NCBI GenBank assembly: GCA_030040775.1 | Contig: JASHTB010000009.1 | Coordinates: 29,545 to 93,544 of the forward strand | Length of the DNA: 64,000 nt | Reading direction: 5' to 3' | Source of the DNA: Thermoplasmata archaeon | GTDB lineage: Archaea; Thermoplasmatota; Thermoplasmata; Lutacidiplasmatales; UBA184 | In this document: positions 44,687 through 53,988 of the stretch, piece after piece | How positions within the stretch are numbered: the first letter of the stretch is position 1 | Layout of the letters: every line of letters starts with the position of its first letter | Notes under the pieces: generated by a model | Told to the model about the DNA's origin: nothing | Seen by the model: the letters and a program-made list of their open reading frames with translations, nothing else | Databases searched by the model: none | Program-made: the position numbers and the translations under genes

Positions 44687-45691
44687 GTGAGAACGAGGGG
44701 GGAGATGGCGGGCCAGAGGGATCGGTCGATCGAGCGGGTTCGGTTCCTGCTCGAGCGGGCCGGGTTTTACGTCGCGGACACCCACGGGACGCGGCCGTCT
44801 AGCTTCGACCTCGCCGCCCGGCGCGACGCGACCCTCCTCTTGGTCAAGGTACTGAAGAACATCGATGCTCTGGACGCTGAGGAGGCGCGCCGGCTCGGAG
44901 AGCTCGGCGGGCTGTTCCCGGCGATCGCCCTCGTGATCGGTAGGACCTCGGGCGCGGCGGAGCTCGAGGCGGGCGTCGTGTACACTCGATATGGGATCCC
45001 GATCATCAACGAGGGGACCCTCACGGAGTTCCTCGAGAAGGCCCTTCCTCCGTTCCTCTATGCGAGCCCCGGCGGAACCTTCGCGCGGGTGGACGGTGCG
45101 CGTCTGAGGACCCTCAGGGTCGCGCACGGCCTCTCTCTGGGGACGCTCGCCAGCGTGGCCGGCGTCTCCCGGCGTGCCATCCAGCTCTACGAAGAGGGAG
45201 CGGGCGCGGAGATCACGGTCATCGACCGGATCGAGACGTACCTCGGGGAACCGGTCGTCCGACCGCTCGACCTGTTCGAGACGCCTCGCCCGAGGTCCCG
45301 CTCGTCCGCCCAAGAGGAGGGTCCTTCGCACGGTGCGCCCGGAGAGCGGACCGTGCCTCCGACCGGCGACCCGTGGCGGGACGGAGTCCTGCAGCAGCTG
45401 GACGGTCTCGGTATGGAGGTGACGGTGAACATGCGCGCCCCGTTCGACGCGCTTGGCCGCACGCCGGACATCCTGCTCGCCGCGATCGGGAGCCTGCGCA
45501 CGGCGCTGCACCGGGCCGAGATGCTGCACGGCCTCGCCCGGGTCGCGGAAGGTCACGCGATGTTCGTCGTGCGCGAGAACGTCCACCGGCCGTCGATCGG
45601 CGGGCTCGCGGTCCTGAACGCCTCCGAGCTCCGCCGGCACCGAGACCCGGACGAGCTCTTGGTCGAGGTCTCCGAACGAGAACGCCCGTGA
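44687..45691 (+). CDS. putative HTH-type transcriptional regulatory protein (archaeal family with central Cro/C1-type HTH)
   Basis: Central LRTLRVAHGLSLGTLASVAGVSRRAIQLYEEG XRE/Cro-type HTH flanked by N- and C-terminal domains, about 330 aa, as in the conserved archaeal putative HTH-type regulator family. Confidence 0.6.
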   Translation: MRTRGEMAGQRDRSIERVRFLLERAGFYVADTHGTRPSSFDLAARRDATLLLVKVLKNIDALDAEEARRLGELGGLFPAIALVIGRTSGAAELEAGVVYTRYGIPIINEGTLTEFLEKALPPFLYASPGGTFARVDGARLRTLRVAHGLSLGTLASVAGVSRRAIQLYEEGAGAEITVIDRIETYLGEPVVRPLDLFETPRPRSRSSAQEEGPSHGAPGERTVPPTGDPWRDGVLQQLDGLGMEVTVNMRAPFDALGRTPDILLAAIGSLRTALHRAEMLHGLARVAEGHAMFVVRENVHRPSIGGLAVLNASELRRHRDPDELLVEVSERERP

Positions 45692-46341
45692 TCCTCGCCG
45701 AACTCCCGCGCGGAGGGCCACTGCTCCTGGTCGGCCCGGTGCGAGGGATCACGGCCGAGGCGGACCGCGCGGTCGAGGCGCTCGAGTCGTTCGCGCCGGG
45801 AGCGGTGGGCCTGGGCCTCTCCCGGGAAGAGCTGCGGGGGCTCACCGAGTACTTCGTCCTCTCGGAGGCCGAGCCGGTCGTCCCGCTCACGCCGGCCGAG
45901 ACCAGCGAAGTCCGCGGCCTCGTCCGGTTTGGCGAGGTTCGGGTGCCGAACCCTTCGTTCGTGCGCGCCATCGCCTGGGGACGGTCGCGGAATGTTCCAG
46001 TCGAGGCCCTCGACCCGTCCGACGAGCACACGGCCTCTCTCTTCACCGAGCACATCGGCTACTTCGAGCTCGTGCGGCGGACGGTGCGAGAGCATCGGGT
46101 CTCCCGCACTCCGCCGAGCCCCTCCACCCCGGACGAGTATGCGATCGCCTGGGAGCGCGAGGTCGCCCCGGGCCGCGGTTCGCGGGCGTTCGCGCAGGCC
46201 CGGGACCGTCACCTCGTCCGCGGCGTCGCGCGCCTCGCCGAGGGACGAGGCCGGGTCGCGGTGCTGGTCGACCGGGAGCGGTTCGACCGGGTCCGGGACC
46301 TTCTCGAAAACGGTGTCCCGAGCGAGATGGCCGACACCTGA
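45688..46341 (+). CDS. TraB/GumN-like domain protein, apparently degenerate (His ligands absent)
   Basis: GTG start forming GTGA overlap with the HTH gene stop. PLLLVGPVRGITAEADRAVEALESFAPGAVGLGLSREEL and RVAVLVDRERFDRVRDLLENG mirror the two TraB blocks of the 10964 gene, but both GxxH histidines are replaced (R, D/R). Confidence 0.4.
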   Translation: MILAELPRGGPLLLVGPVRGITAEADRAVEALESFAPGAVGLGLSREELRGLTEYFVLSEAEPVVPLTPAETSEVRGLVRFGEVRVPNPSFVRAIAWGRSRNVPVEALDPSDEHTASLFTEHIGYFELVRRTVREHRVSRTPPSPSTPDEYAIAWEREVAPGRGSRAFAQARDRHLVRGVARLAEGRGRVAVLVDRERFDRVRDLLENGVPSEMADT

Positions 46342-46354
46342 CCGCCCGCGGGCT

Positions 46355-46897
46355 CTAGTCCTCGCGGGAGAGGATCTGCTCGAGCATCGCTCGGGCGTTG
46401 CGACGGAACTCGTCGAGCGTCCCCTCGTTCACGATCATCCCGTCCGCGAGGGCGAAGGCGCTTCCGATCCCCCACTTGAGCTCTCGCCGGTCCCGGTCGT
46501 AGAACTCCTGGAGGCCACCCGCGTCGTCGGAGCGCCCTCGGCTCGACATCCGTGCGTGCCGCGTCTCGGGTGAGGAGAAGATCCCGAGGACGAAGAGGTC
46601 CCCGAAGTGGTGGCGGAAGACCGTGACCTCGCTGTCGGAACGGCAGCCGTCGACGAGCATCCGGGTCTCGGTGAGCTTCGGGAGGGCCCGTTGGGCCCAG
46701 ACCCCGGGGCCGTGCTTCTCCCGCTCCTCCGAAGCGACTCGGGCGACGTTCGCGTTCGTCGGCTGAAGCCCCCGGCGGCGGGTCTCCTCCCGGACGAGGT
46801 CTCCCATCTTCAGCGTGGCGAGGCCCACCGACCGGGCGACACCGATCAGCTCGTCCTTGCCCGAGCCGGGCATCCCGACCGTGACGATCAGTCTCAT
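46355..46897 (-). CDS. P-loop nucleotide kinase of the archaeal UPF0200 (adenylate/dephospho-CoA-kinase-like) family
   Basis: MRLIVTVGMPGSGKDE Walker A, LKMGDLVREE, lid-like region; 180 aa. Confidence 0.6.
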   Translation of the reverse strand: MRLIVTVGMPGSGKDELIGVARSVGLATLKMGDLVREETRRRGLQPTNANVARVASEEREKHGPGVWAQRALPKLTETRMLVDGCRSDSEVTVFRHHFGDLFVLGIFSSPETRHARMSSRGRSDDAGGLQEFYDRDRRELKWGIGSAFALADGMIVNEGTLDEFRRNARAMLEQILSRED

Positions 46898-47532
46898 AAC
46901 GTGCCGGGAGGCTCGTCGGGCGGGCTCGCCTTCGCCGGCGCCGCGGGCGCCGCGCTCTTCTCAAGATGCGCGGCGACGTCCTGCTCGGTGACCATCTGGA
47001 GCCGGTCCGCCCGTTGACGGAAGGCAGCGGCCTCCTGCTCCTCGAGCCGCGCAGCTTCGACGTACCGGTCGACCTTCACCTTGAGCTCGGCGGTCTTCTG
47101 GGTCTTGGTAGCGGCTCGGAGCTCGAGCGCCCGCGCCTTCTGCTGGCGGTCGACGATCTTCTGCTGGAGCTTGCGCACGCGGTAGTGCAGGCTGGTCACA
47201 TCGGAGCCGAGCGGGGCGCCGCCGCTACGGCCGGTCGCCGCCTCGATGTCCCGCTCGTGCTGCTTCATCTGGTGCTCGATGTCCGGGATCTCGCCCAGCG
47301 CGCGCTGCCCTTTCTCCCGAAGGACGGTCGCCTGGTGCCTCAGCTTCTCGATCTTGGTCTGGAGGCGGGACGCCCGTTGCTGGGCTCGAGCGGCCGCCCG
47401 GTCATGCCGAGCGGCCATCTCGCGCAGCTTGGTGATGTCGGCGTAGCCTTGCCCGATCCAGCGCGATTGCCGCGCGGCGAGCGGGGTCGGGTGCACCGGT
47501 GGTTCGGGAGGACCCGCTCCGCCGGTCGCCAT
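46894..47532 (-). CDS. hypothetical coiled-coil protein (212 aa)
   Basis: Long heptad-like Q/R/K/E/A-rich helices (LQTKIEKLRHQATVLREKGQRAL...VRKLQQKIVDRQQKARALELRAATK...); ATGA overlap with downstream kinase gene. Confidence 0.45.
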   Translation of the reverse strand: MATGGAGPPEPPVHPTPLAARQSRWIGQGYADITKLREMAARHDRAAARAQQRASRLQTKIEKLRHQATVLREKGQRALGEIPDIEHQMKQHERDIEAATGRSGGAPLGSDVTSLHYRVRKLQQKIVDRQQKARALELRAATKTQKTAELKVKVDRYVEAARLEEQEAAAFRQRADRLQMVTEQDVAAHLEKSAAPAAPAKASPPDEPPGTL

Positions 47533-47598
47533 CGAGCGGGCGGGACCCGACCGCAGGGTAAAGAGGTTGTCGGTGGGCGAACGCCGGAGCGCGCCTCA

Positions 47599-49104
47599 CT
47601 AGGCGCGGGCCGGGCGGGGCGACCGCGTGGAGGCGCCTAGATGCGCCGAGAGCGAGGCAACTGGGACGCGCTCCTGGGTCTTCGAGTCGCGATCTCGCAC
47701 CGTCACGGTGTCGCGGTTCGGCCCGTCCGATACCGTCTCGCCGTCGACCGTCACGCAGAACGGGGTCCCCGCCTCGTCCATGCGGGCGTACCGCTTTCCG
47801 ATTGTCCCCGCGTCGTCGTACTGGACGTCGATCCCGGCGGCGGCCAGTTCGTCGGCGAGGCGCAGCGCGTAGGCACGGTGCGCCTTCGGGATCAGGGGAA
47901 AGACACCGGCGGTCACCGGGGCGAGGTACGGAGGGAGCCGCCAGACGGTCCGATCCCCGTCCTGGGCGAGGAGAAGGTCGGCGACCGCCCAGAGATACCG
48001 GTCGGGACCGCCGGTGAGCTCGAGGACGTGCGGAAGGACGGAGCGGCCGCCCGTCTGCGTGACGGAGAGGTCCCGGCCCGACCCCTGCCCGTGCCGGCCG
48101 AGATCGTAGTCCCCGCGGTAGTGGACCGCGCCGAGCTCCTTGAACCCACCGAGGCTCTCGAGGTTAGCCTCGATGTCGAACTGGATCCGGTTGTAGAACG
48201 CGCGCTCCTGGTCGGACTTCTCGAGCAGGCGGAGCCGGTCGGCGGGCAGCTTGAGCACGTCCCGGAAGAAGTGGTAGCTGTGCACGAGGTGGAAGACATA
48301 GAAGTCGGGGAGAGCGCCCGCCGAGACGAGCTCCTCCGCGCGAACGTGCTCGACCTCTTCCGAACCGGCGAGACGGCGCGCGGCTCGGACGACCGGAAGG
48401 CTCTCGTCGCGGACCCGGCCGAACGGCAGGGGAAAGTGAGATGGGTCGAAGAAGATCTGAAGCTCGGTCTGGGTGAACGCGCGCATCCGGAACAGCACCT
48501 GCCGCGGGGCGATCTCGTTGCGGTAGGCCTTCCCTACGACCGCGACGCCCAGGGGGAGCGCCTTACGGCCGACATCCCACATGCGCGGGAACGACAGGTA
48601 ACTGCTCTGGGCCGTCTCCGGTCTCAGGTAGACGCGCTCGCGGCCGGTGACCCCGAAGTCCAAACCGAACATCAGGTTGAACGGCTTCGGCACGCTGAGC
48701 GCGGTCGAGCTGCAGTTCGGGCAGCGCACCCGATGCTCGTGCACGATGTCGGCGATCTGTTCCGGGGTGAGGCCGTCGACCCCCTCGGGCCGGACCTTCT
48801 CGAGAATCGTGTCGGCTCGGAACGCCTGGTGGCAGTTCTCGCACGTCACCTCGGGGTCCGTGAAGTTCTCGAGATGACCGGACGCGCGGACGACCGCCTC
48901 CGGGAGGATCTCCGCGGGCTCGATGAGGTAGTAGTCGTGGGAGAGGCCGACGAACCAGGCGGTCCAGGCCTCCTCGATGCGCCGCTTGAGCTTCGCGCCG
49001 AGGGGGCCGTAGTCGTAGAGCCCCTGGGCCCCCCCGTAGATCTCGGCGGTGGGCCAGAGTACGCCCCGCCGCCTCAGCAATGCGTAGAGCTCGTCACCCT
49101 TCAT
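47599..49104 (-). CDS. glyS: glycine--tRNA ligase (archaeal/eukaryotic-type class II GlyRS)
   Basis: Real protein is the last 501 codons of the track ORF (MKGDELYALLRRRGVLWPTAEIYGGAQGLYDYGPLG...), class II motifs (FRMRAFTQTE), anticodon-binding C-terminus. ATG 49104 overlaps upstream stop (ATGA). Confidence 0.9.
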   Translation of the reverse strand: MKGDELYALLRRRGVLWPTAEIYGGAQGLYDYGPLGAKLKRRIEEAWTAWFVGLSHDYYLIEPAEILPEAVVRASGHLENFTDPEVTCENCHQAFRADTILEKVRPEGVDGLTPEQIADIVHEHRVRCPNCSSTALSVPKPFNLMFGLDFGVTGRERVYLRPETAQSSYLSFPRMWDVGRKALPLGVAVVGKAYRNEIAPRQVLFRMRAFTQTELQIFFDPSHFPLPFGRVRDESLPVVRAARRLAGSEEVEHVRAEELVSAGALPDFYVFHLVHSYHFFRDVLKLPADRLRLLEKSDQERAFYNRIQFDIEANLESLGGFKELGAVHYRGDYDLGRHGQGSGRDLSVTQTGGRSVLPHVLELTGGPDRYLWAVADLLLAQDGDRTVWRLPPYLAPVTAGVFPLIPKAHRAYALRLADELAAAGIDVQYDDAGTIGKRYARMDEAGTPFCVTVDGETVSDGPNRDTVTVRDRDSKTQERVPVASLSAHLGASTRSPRPARA

Positions 49105-50186
49105 CGGGGGTCGGCCGAAGCGGGGGAAGGCCGGACTATAAGCGGTTCGGAGGTCCGCGTCACGACCTGGTACGCCGGGTCGTCGGGCGGAAGCCGGACG
49201 ACCAGGGGAGGGACCGGCATCCCCGGGGCGACGCGGGCCGCCTCCGGCTTTCCGAGCCAGCGCCACGGTTCGACCAGGACCGCTCGGGCGAGGAATTCCG
49301 CGGAGACCGGACGACGCCGAAGCCGGGTCGACACGTACGCGAACTCGAGCTCGCGCCAGATCGACGGCGCGTGGAACATCGCGTTGTCGGTTCCGAGAAG
49401 GACCGAGAGGCCGAGACGCTCCATCGCCGCGATGTCGGGCTGTCGGCCGAACAGGGCGTTCGAACGAGGGCAGACCGTGACCGGAACGTTCGCGTCGCGC
49501 ACCGCGACGAGGTCCGCGGCCGTCGCCTTCGTGAGGTGAACGAGAAGGTCGGGTCGGGGTCGGAGGAACCGTTCGGGTGCCTCTCGGACCGCTTCGCTTG
49601 CGTGGAGCGCGTAGCGTTTCCCGGCCCGGCGGCATGCCCGAGCCACGGCCTCAAGCGTCTCGGGTGACTCATCGCGCGCGCTCGAGAGCCCGACGCCGTC
49701 CCCCGCTCGAACGACCGCCCGAAGCTCGTCCGGGTCGATGGGCCGCGCGGTCGGGCGGCCGAGGACGAGAACCCGCACCCGAACCCCCGCGGCCGCGGTC
49801 CGGAGGAGACGGATCCCTTCGAGCCCCTCTTCCCGAAAGTCGGCGACCGCCGCGACGCCCTCACGCACCATCCGGAGAAGAGTCGCTCGGGCTGCGCGGA
49901 CCTTCTCGGCCCGGGATGTTTCGGCCAGAAGACGGAACTTGTAGCCCCGCGGCGGTTGGACCAGTCGCGAAACCGGCTCGGGAGGCGGCTCTCGGACCGA
50001 TACCGCATCCCCGAGGTGAGTGTGACTGTTCACCGGCGAGGGTACGACGATCCCCCGGAGCGTACGCTCCCGCCCGCGTCCGCCGTCGGCGCCGATCGAC
50101 CCCACCTCGATGACCCGCCCGGCTCGGAACCGCACGAATCCCGGCCGCGGGCCGTCGCGGTCCAGGATCGACCCTTCGACGATCAT
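49101..50186 (-). CDS. metal-dependent amidohydrolase (cytosine/guanine/adenosine-deaminase-like chlorohydrolase family)
   Basis: PVNSHTHLGDA (HxH), later HASE and VHLT/D blocks characteristic of the amidohydrolase TIM barrel; 361 aa. Confidence 0.65.
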   Translation of the reverse strand: MIVEGSILDRDGPRPGFVRFRAGRVIEVGSIGADGGRGRERTLRGIVVPSPVNSHTHLGDAVSVREPPPEPVSRLVQPPRGYKFRLLAETSRAEKVRAARATLLRMVREGVAAVADFREEGLEGIRLLRTAAAGVRVRVLVLGRPTARPIDPDELRAVVRAGDGVGLSSARDESPETLEAVARACRRAGKRYALHASEAVREAPERFLRPRPDLLVHLTKATAADLVAVRDANVPVTVCPRSNALFGRQPDIAAMERLGLSVLLGTDNAMFHAPSIWRELEFAYVSTRLRRRPVSAEFLARAVLVEPWRWLGKPEAARVAPGMPVPPLVVRLPPDDPAYQVVTRTSEPLIVRPSPASADPR

Positions 50187-50282
50187 CGAATGCGGGCGCT
50201 GGAGGCTCCGGCCTCTTTAAGGCCGAGCCGAGGCCGCGCCCGAAGGGATATGCGGATTGAGGTTTGACCCCGGCACGCCGCC

Positions 50283-51158
50283 ATGGCTCAGGCACTCTCG
50301 ACCCGTCCCCGTGACCTCCTCGTCTCGGGCCACGTGAACGTCGACCGATTCCTCTCGGTGGGAACGTTCCCCGAGGCCGACCGTACGGCTCCGATCCTGT
50401 CCCAGCGGGTCGCGCTCGGAGGCACGGGAGCGAACCTCGCCCGGGTAGCCTCTCGCTTCGGCGTGGCGACCGGTCTTGTCGCCCGAGTCGGAGGCGACTT
50501 CCCGACGGCCTTCGTGCGCAGCCTTCGCGCGACCGGAATCGACCTGCGAGGCCTGGAGCGGATCGCGGGCGCTCCGAGCCCGACGTGCTTCATCGTGGAG
50601 GATCGCCACGGAGGTCAGCGCACCCTGATCGACCAGGGCCCGATGGGGTCGGGGCGGGCCTTCCGACTTCCGGGGAAGTGGATCGAGGAGTACACCTGGT
50701 TGCACGTCACCACCGGAGAGCCCTCGTTCCAGCTCCGTCTCGTCCGGGCCGTGCGGGCCCACGGGCTCCGGGTCGCCGCCGACCCGGCCCAGGAGATCCA
50801 CTATCGCTGGGACCGCTCCCAGTTCAGAGAGCTCCTCGGTCAGAGCGAGATCCTCTTTGGAAACCGGGGAGAGGTGGCCCGCGCTCAGGAATACGTCGGC
50901 GCGGCGACCCCGGCCGACCTGCTCGAGCACGTTCCGCTGATCGTCCGGACCGAGGGACGCGCCGGGGCGACGGCATTCTCCCGAGCCGGGGCGGTCCACG
51001 TACCGGCCGATCGACCCCGCTCGACACGGACGATGGTCGGTGCGGGCGATGCCTTCCGAGGAGGCTTTTACGCTGCCTGGTTCGAGGGGGAAACGCTGCG
51101 GGATTGCCTGAGGGCCGGAGTGAGGGCGGCTCGCCGCTGGATCGAAGGGGCCCGGTAG
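50283..51158 (+). CDS. PfkB-family carbohydrate/nucleoside kinase (possibly KDG kinase)
   Basis: Ribokinase-fold with N-terminal GG (LGGTGAN) and C-terminal VGAGDAF anion-hole motif. Confidence 0.75.
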   Translation: MAQALSTRPRDLLVSGHVNVDRFLSVGTFPEADRTAPILSQRVALGGTGANLARVASRFGVATGLVARVGGDFPTAFVRSLRATGIDLRGLERIAGAPSPTCFIVEDRHGGQRTLIDQGPMGSGRAFRLPGKWIEEYTWLHVTTGEPSFQLRLVRAVRAHGLRVAADPAQEIHYRWDRSQFRELLGQSEILFGNRGEVARAQEYVGAATPADLLEHVPLIVRTEGRAGATAFSRAGAVHVPADRPRSTRTMVGAGDAFRGGFYAAWFEGETLRDCLRAGVRAARRWIEGAR

Positions 51159-51170
51159 GTTGGGGAGTCG

Positions 51171-52418
51171 ATGGAGACGCATCTGTTCGGGCGGTTGACG
51201 AAGGTGGAGGTCGCCCGTCGGCGGTTGCTCGCGGCAGCGACCCCCACGCGACGGGTGGAGGAAGTCCCCGTGGAGAAGGCGTTCGGGCGGGTCGCGGCCG
51301 AAACGGTCCGGGCACCGCGCCCGGTCCCCTCGTTTGCCCGAACCACCTGGGACGGGTACGCGGTGCGCTCGGCCGACACAGAGTCTGCGAGCGCGCACCG
51401 ACCGGTCGAGCTCGCCGTCGTGGGGGAAGTGTTCGCGGAACAGGCCTACTCCGGGGTGCTGCATCGGGGCGAAGCCGTTGCAATAGCGACCGGTGGAGCC
51501 GTCCCGCACGGTGCGGATGCCGTCGTGCTCTTCGAAGAGGCCGAACGCCAAGCAGATACGGTTCGCGTCCGTAAACCCGTCTCCCCCGGCGACCGGATCT
51601 CTCGGCCGGGCCACGACTTTCCGCGGGGCTCGGTCCTCACGCGTCGAGGGACCGAGCTTACCGCGACCGCGCTCGGAACGATCGCCTCCTGCGGGGTTCC
51701 GAAGGTCCGTGTCTACGCCCGACCCGTCGTCACCATCCTGCCCAACGGAAACGAGCTGCTCTCTCCGGGAATGCCCCCGAAGCCAGGGATGATCTACGAG
51801 AGCAACAACGCGACCCTCGCCGCGGTAGTCGAGGCGACCGGGGGGATTGCGCAGACCGTGCCTCCTCTGCCGGACGACCCCGCGCGCATCGAGGAGGGGA
51901 TCCGTCAAGCGCTCGCGACGTCCGACGTCGTCCTCGCCACCGGTGGGAGCTCGGTCGGCGAGCGCGACTACCTTCCCCGCATCCTGCCGAAGCTCGGCAC
52001 GTTGCTCTTCCACGGCGTGGCGGTACGGGCCGGAAAACCGACCCTGGCCGCTCGTGTCGGGGACCGGCTCGTGGTCGGGCTTCCGGGTCACCCGACCTCC
52101 TGTCTCGGCAACATGTACTGGCTGGTCCTTCCGGCCCTGCGTCGCATCGGCCGACGACCGGGTCCCGGCTGGCATGAGGGGTGGGCGACCCTCGGCAGCG
52201 ACGCGGTCGCCCCCTCCCCCGGCCTCTCGACCATCGTGCCGCTCCGGTTCGAACGCGGACGGGCGTACTCGACCTTCCGGGGCTCTTCGATCATCACCAG
52301 CCTCGCCGGGGCCACGGCCTTCGCGATGCTGCCGCCCGGTCGCCGCATCGTGCGCGCCGGTCAGCGAATCCGAGTGTGCCTTCTCGACCCCCCGCTCGGC
52401 CCGGGCGCGGCCTCGTGA
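51171..52418 (+). CDS. moeA: molybdopterin molybdenumtransferase MoeA
   Basis: Four-domain MoeA: ...TGGAVPHGADAVV..., VLATGGSSVGERDY (MoCF-biosynthesis/MogA-like domain), GLPGHPTS. Confidence 0.85.
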   Translation: METHLFGRLTKVEVARRRLLAAATPTRRVEEVPVEKAFGRVAAETVRAPRPVPSFARTTWDGYAVRSADTESASAHRPVELAVVGEVFAEQAYSGVLHRGEAVAIATGGAVPHGADAVVLFEEAERQADTVRVRKPVSPGDRISRPGHDFPRGSVLTRRGTELTATALGTIASCGVPKVRVYARPVVTILPNGNELLSPGMPPKPGMIYESNNATLAAVVEATGGIAQTVPPLPDDPARIEEGIRQALATSDVVLATGGSSVGERDYLPRILPKLGTLLFHGVAVRAGKPTLAARVGDRLVVGLPGHPTSCLGNMYWLVLPALRRIGRRPGPGWHEGWATLGSDAVAPSPGLSTIVPLRFERGRAYSTFRGSSIITSLAGATAFAMLPPGRRIVRAGQRIRVCLLDPPLGPGAAS

Positions 52419-52464
52419 GCGGGAGTTCGGGGAATCGTTAAGCCCCCGCCGCCGCTCCCAGGCC

Positions 52465-53295
52465 GTGGCCCGCCGGGACCTCGCGGTCGCCGTCCTTCGA
52501 ATCGAGGGCACGAACAACGACGGGGAGCTTGCGCTCGCCCTGCGCACGCTCGGCGCCCGGGTCGAGATCGTCCAATTGAACCAGCTGGAAGGTCGGAACG
52601 TCTCGCCGAGCGAGCGACGCCGCCTGTCCGACTACGACGTCCTGTTCCTCCCCGGCGGGTTCTCTTCGGGAGACTACGTCCGCGCGGGAGCGATCTTCGC
52701 GGCCCGCATCCGGGCGTCCATCGGACCCGAGCTCGAGGAGTTCGTCCGGAGCGGACGCCTGGTCGGAGGCCTCTGCAACGGGTTCCAGGTGCTGACGGAG
52801 CTCGGGCTCCTTCCCGGCCACCGCGACGGAAAGCTCGGGAAGGTCGACGCCGTGCTCACGAACAACCGGTCGGGCCGGTACGAATGCCGTCCGACGTTCG
52901 TCGCGTGGGAAGGCGGCGCGTTTCCGCCGCTCCGTTCCCTCCCGAAGGGGACGCGGTTTCTCTTCCCGTCCGGCCATGCCGAAGGACGCCTGATCCTTGG
53001 AGGCGACGCGGCGGGGCGTCGCCGCGAGCTCGAGGAGAACGGCCAGGTCCTCTTCCGCTGGGTCGCCCCCGACGGCAGTCCGGCCGACTACCCCTGGAAT
53101 CCCAACGGGTCCGAGGGGAACATCGCCGGGCTCACGAACCCGATGGGCAACGTGTTCGGCCTGATGCCGCATCCCGAGCGCCACTTCTTCCGGGCGCAAG
53201 CTCCCGACTGGACCCGGGAAGGATCTCCTCGCGGCTTCGGGGACGGCCACCGGTTCCTCGACGCCGTGCTCGCCTACGCGGAGCATCCGAGCTGA
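52465..53295 (+). CDS. purQ: phosphoribosylformylglycinamidine synthase subunit PurQ (glutaminase)
   Basis: Only the last 276 codons of the 482-codon track ORF match PurQ (LAVAVLRIEGTNNDGE, GGFSSGDY, catalytic LCNGFQ, HPER). GTG start at 52465. Confidence 0.8.
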   Translation: MARRDLAVAVLRIEGTNNDGELALALRTLGARVEIVQLNQLEGRNVSPSERRRLSDYDVLFLPGGFSSGDYVRAGAIFAARIRASIGPELEEFVRSGRLVGGLCNGFQVLTELGLLPGHRDGKLGKVDAVLTNNRSGRYECRPTFVAWEGGAFPPLRSLPKGTRFLFPSGHAEGRLILGGDAAGRRRELEENGQVLFRWVAPDGSPADYPWNPNGSEGNIAGLTNPMGNVFGLMPHPERHFFRAQAPDWTREGSPRGFGDGHRFLDAVLAYAEHPS

Positions 53296-53927
53296 AGACC
53301 CGCGGGGCTCGATCGAGGGCGGTAGACAAGCCTCCAGACCGACAGCTCCTCTCCCTCCAGGCGCCGGCTCGCGACGGTCGACCAGAGCCCTCCTCGGTCC
53401 TGCCAATCCTCTCGGATGCTCGCGAGGGCGCGCGGATTCTGGACGGTGGAGACCACCACGAACGCCTCCGCTCCCGGGAAGAGATGCTCGGGTAGGTCGG
53501 AGACGAGGCGGGAGAGCACGCGGCATCCGTCGGGGCCTCCGTCGAGGGCGAGCCGGGTCTCCGGTTCCTCAACGCTCGGCGCCGGGAGGCTGGGCAGATA
53601 GGGCGGGTTCGCGAGCACGCGGTCGAACCGACCGACGCCTCGCGCGAGGTCGGTTCGGACCGGCCGGACGTCCAGGTGTTCACGCGAGGCCGACCGACGT
53701 AGCTCCCGCAAGGCCGTGAGGCTACGGTCGGTCGCCACCACGCGCCCGCCGGACCGAGCGGCGGTGAGTGCGAGGAGGCCCGAGCCCGTTCCCACCTCGA
53801 GGACCCGCGTGCCGAACGGCACGGTCGCGAACGGCAGGAGGAGGAACGTGTCCTCGCGGGGAGGATAGATACCGGCCCGTCTCTCGGGAAGACTCCCATC
53901 GGGGTTCGGCGTGCGACGTATCCTCAC
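53274..53927 (-). CDS. HemK/Mtq2-family SAM-dependent methyltransferase (NPPY motif)
   Basis: EDTFLL, VLEVGTGSGLLAL SAM motif I, LANPPY catalytic motif. Start uncertain (GTG 53927 chosen; track ORF to 53999). 22-nt convergent overlap with purQ. Confidence 0.6.
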   Translation of the reverse strand: MRIRRTPNPDGSLPERRAGIYPPREDTFLLLPFATVPFGTRVLEVGTGSGLLALTAARSGGRVVATDRSLTALRELRRSASREHLDVRPVRTDLARGVGRFDRVLANPPYLPSLPAPSVEEPETRLALDGGPDGCRVLSRLVSDLPEHLFPGAEAFVVVSTVQNPRALASIREDWQDRGGLWSTVASRRLEGEELSVWRLVYRPRSSPAGLQLGCSA

Positions 53928-53988
53928 GGCTCGCCCCGGGCACGATGATTTATTATCCGTTCCCCGCCTAGAAGAGCCGGAATCCTGA

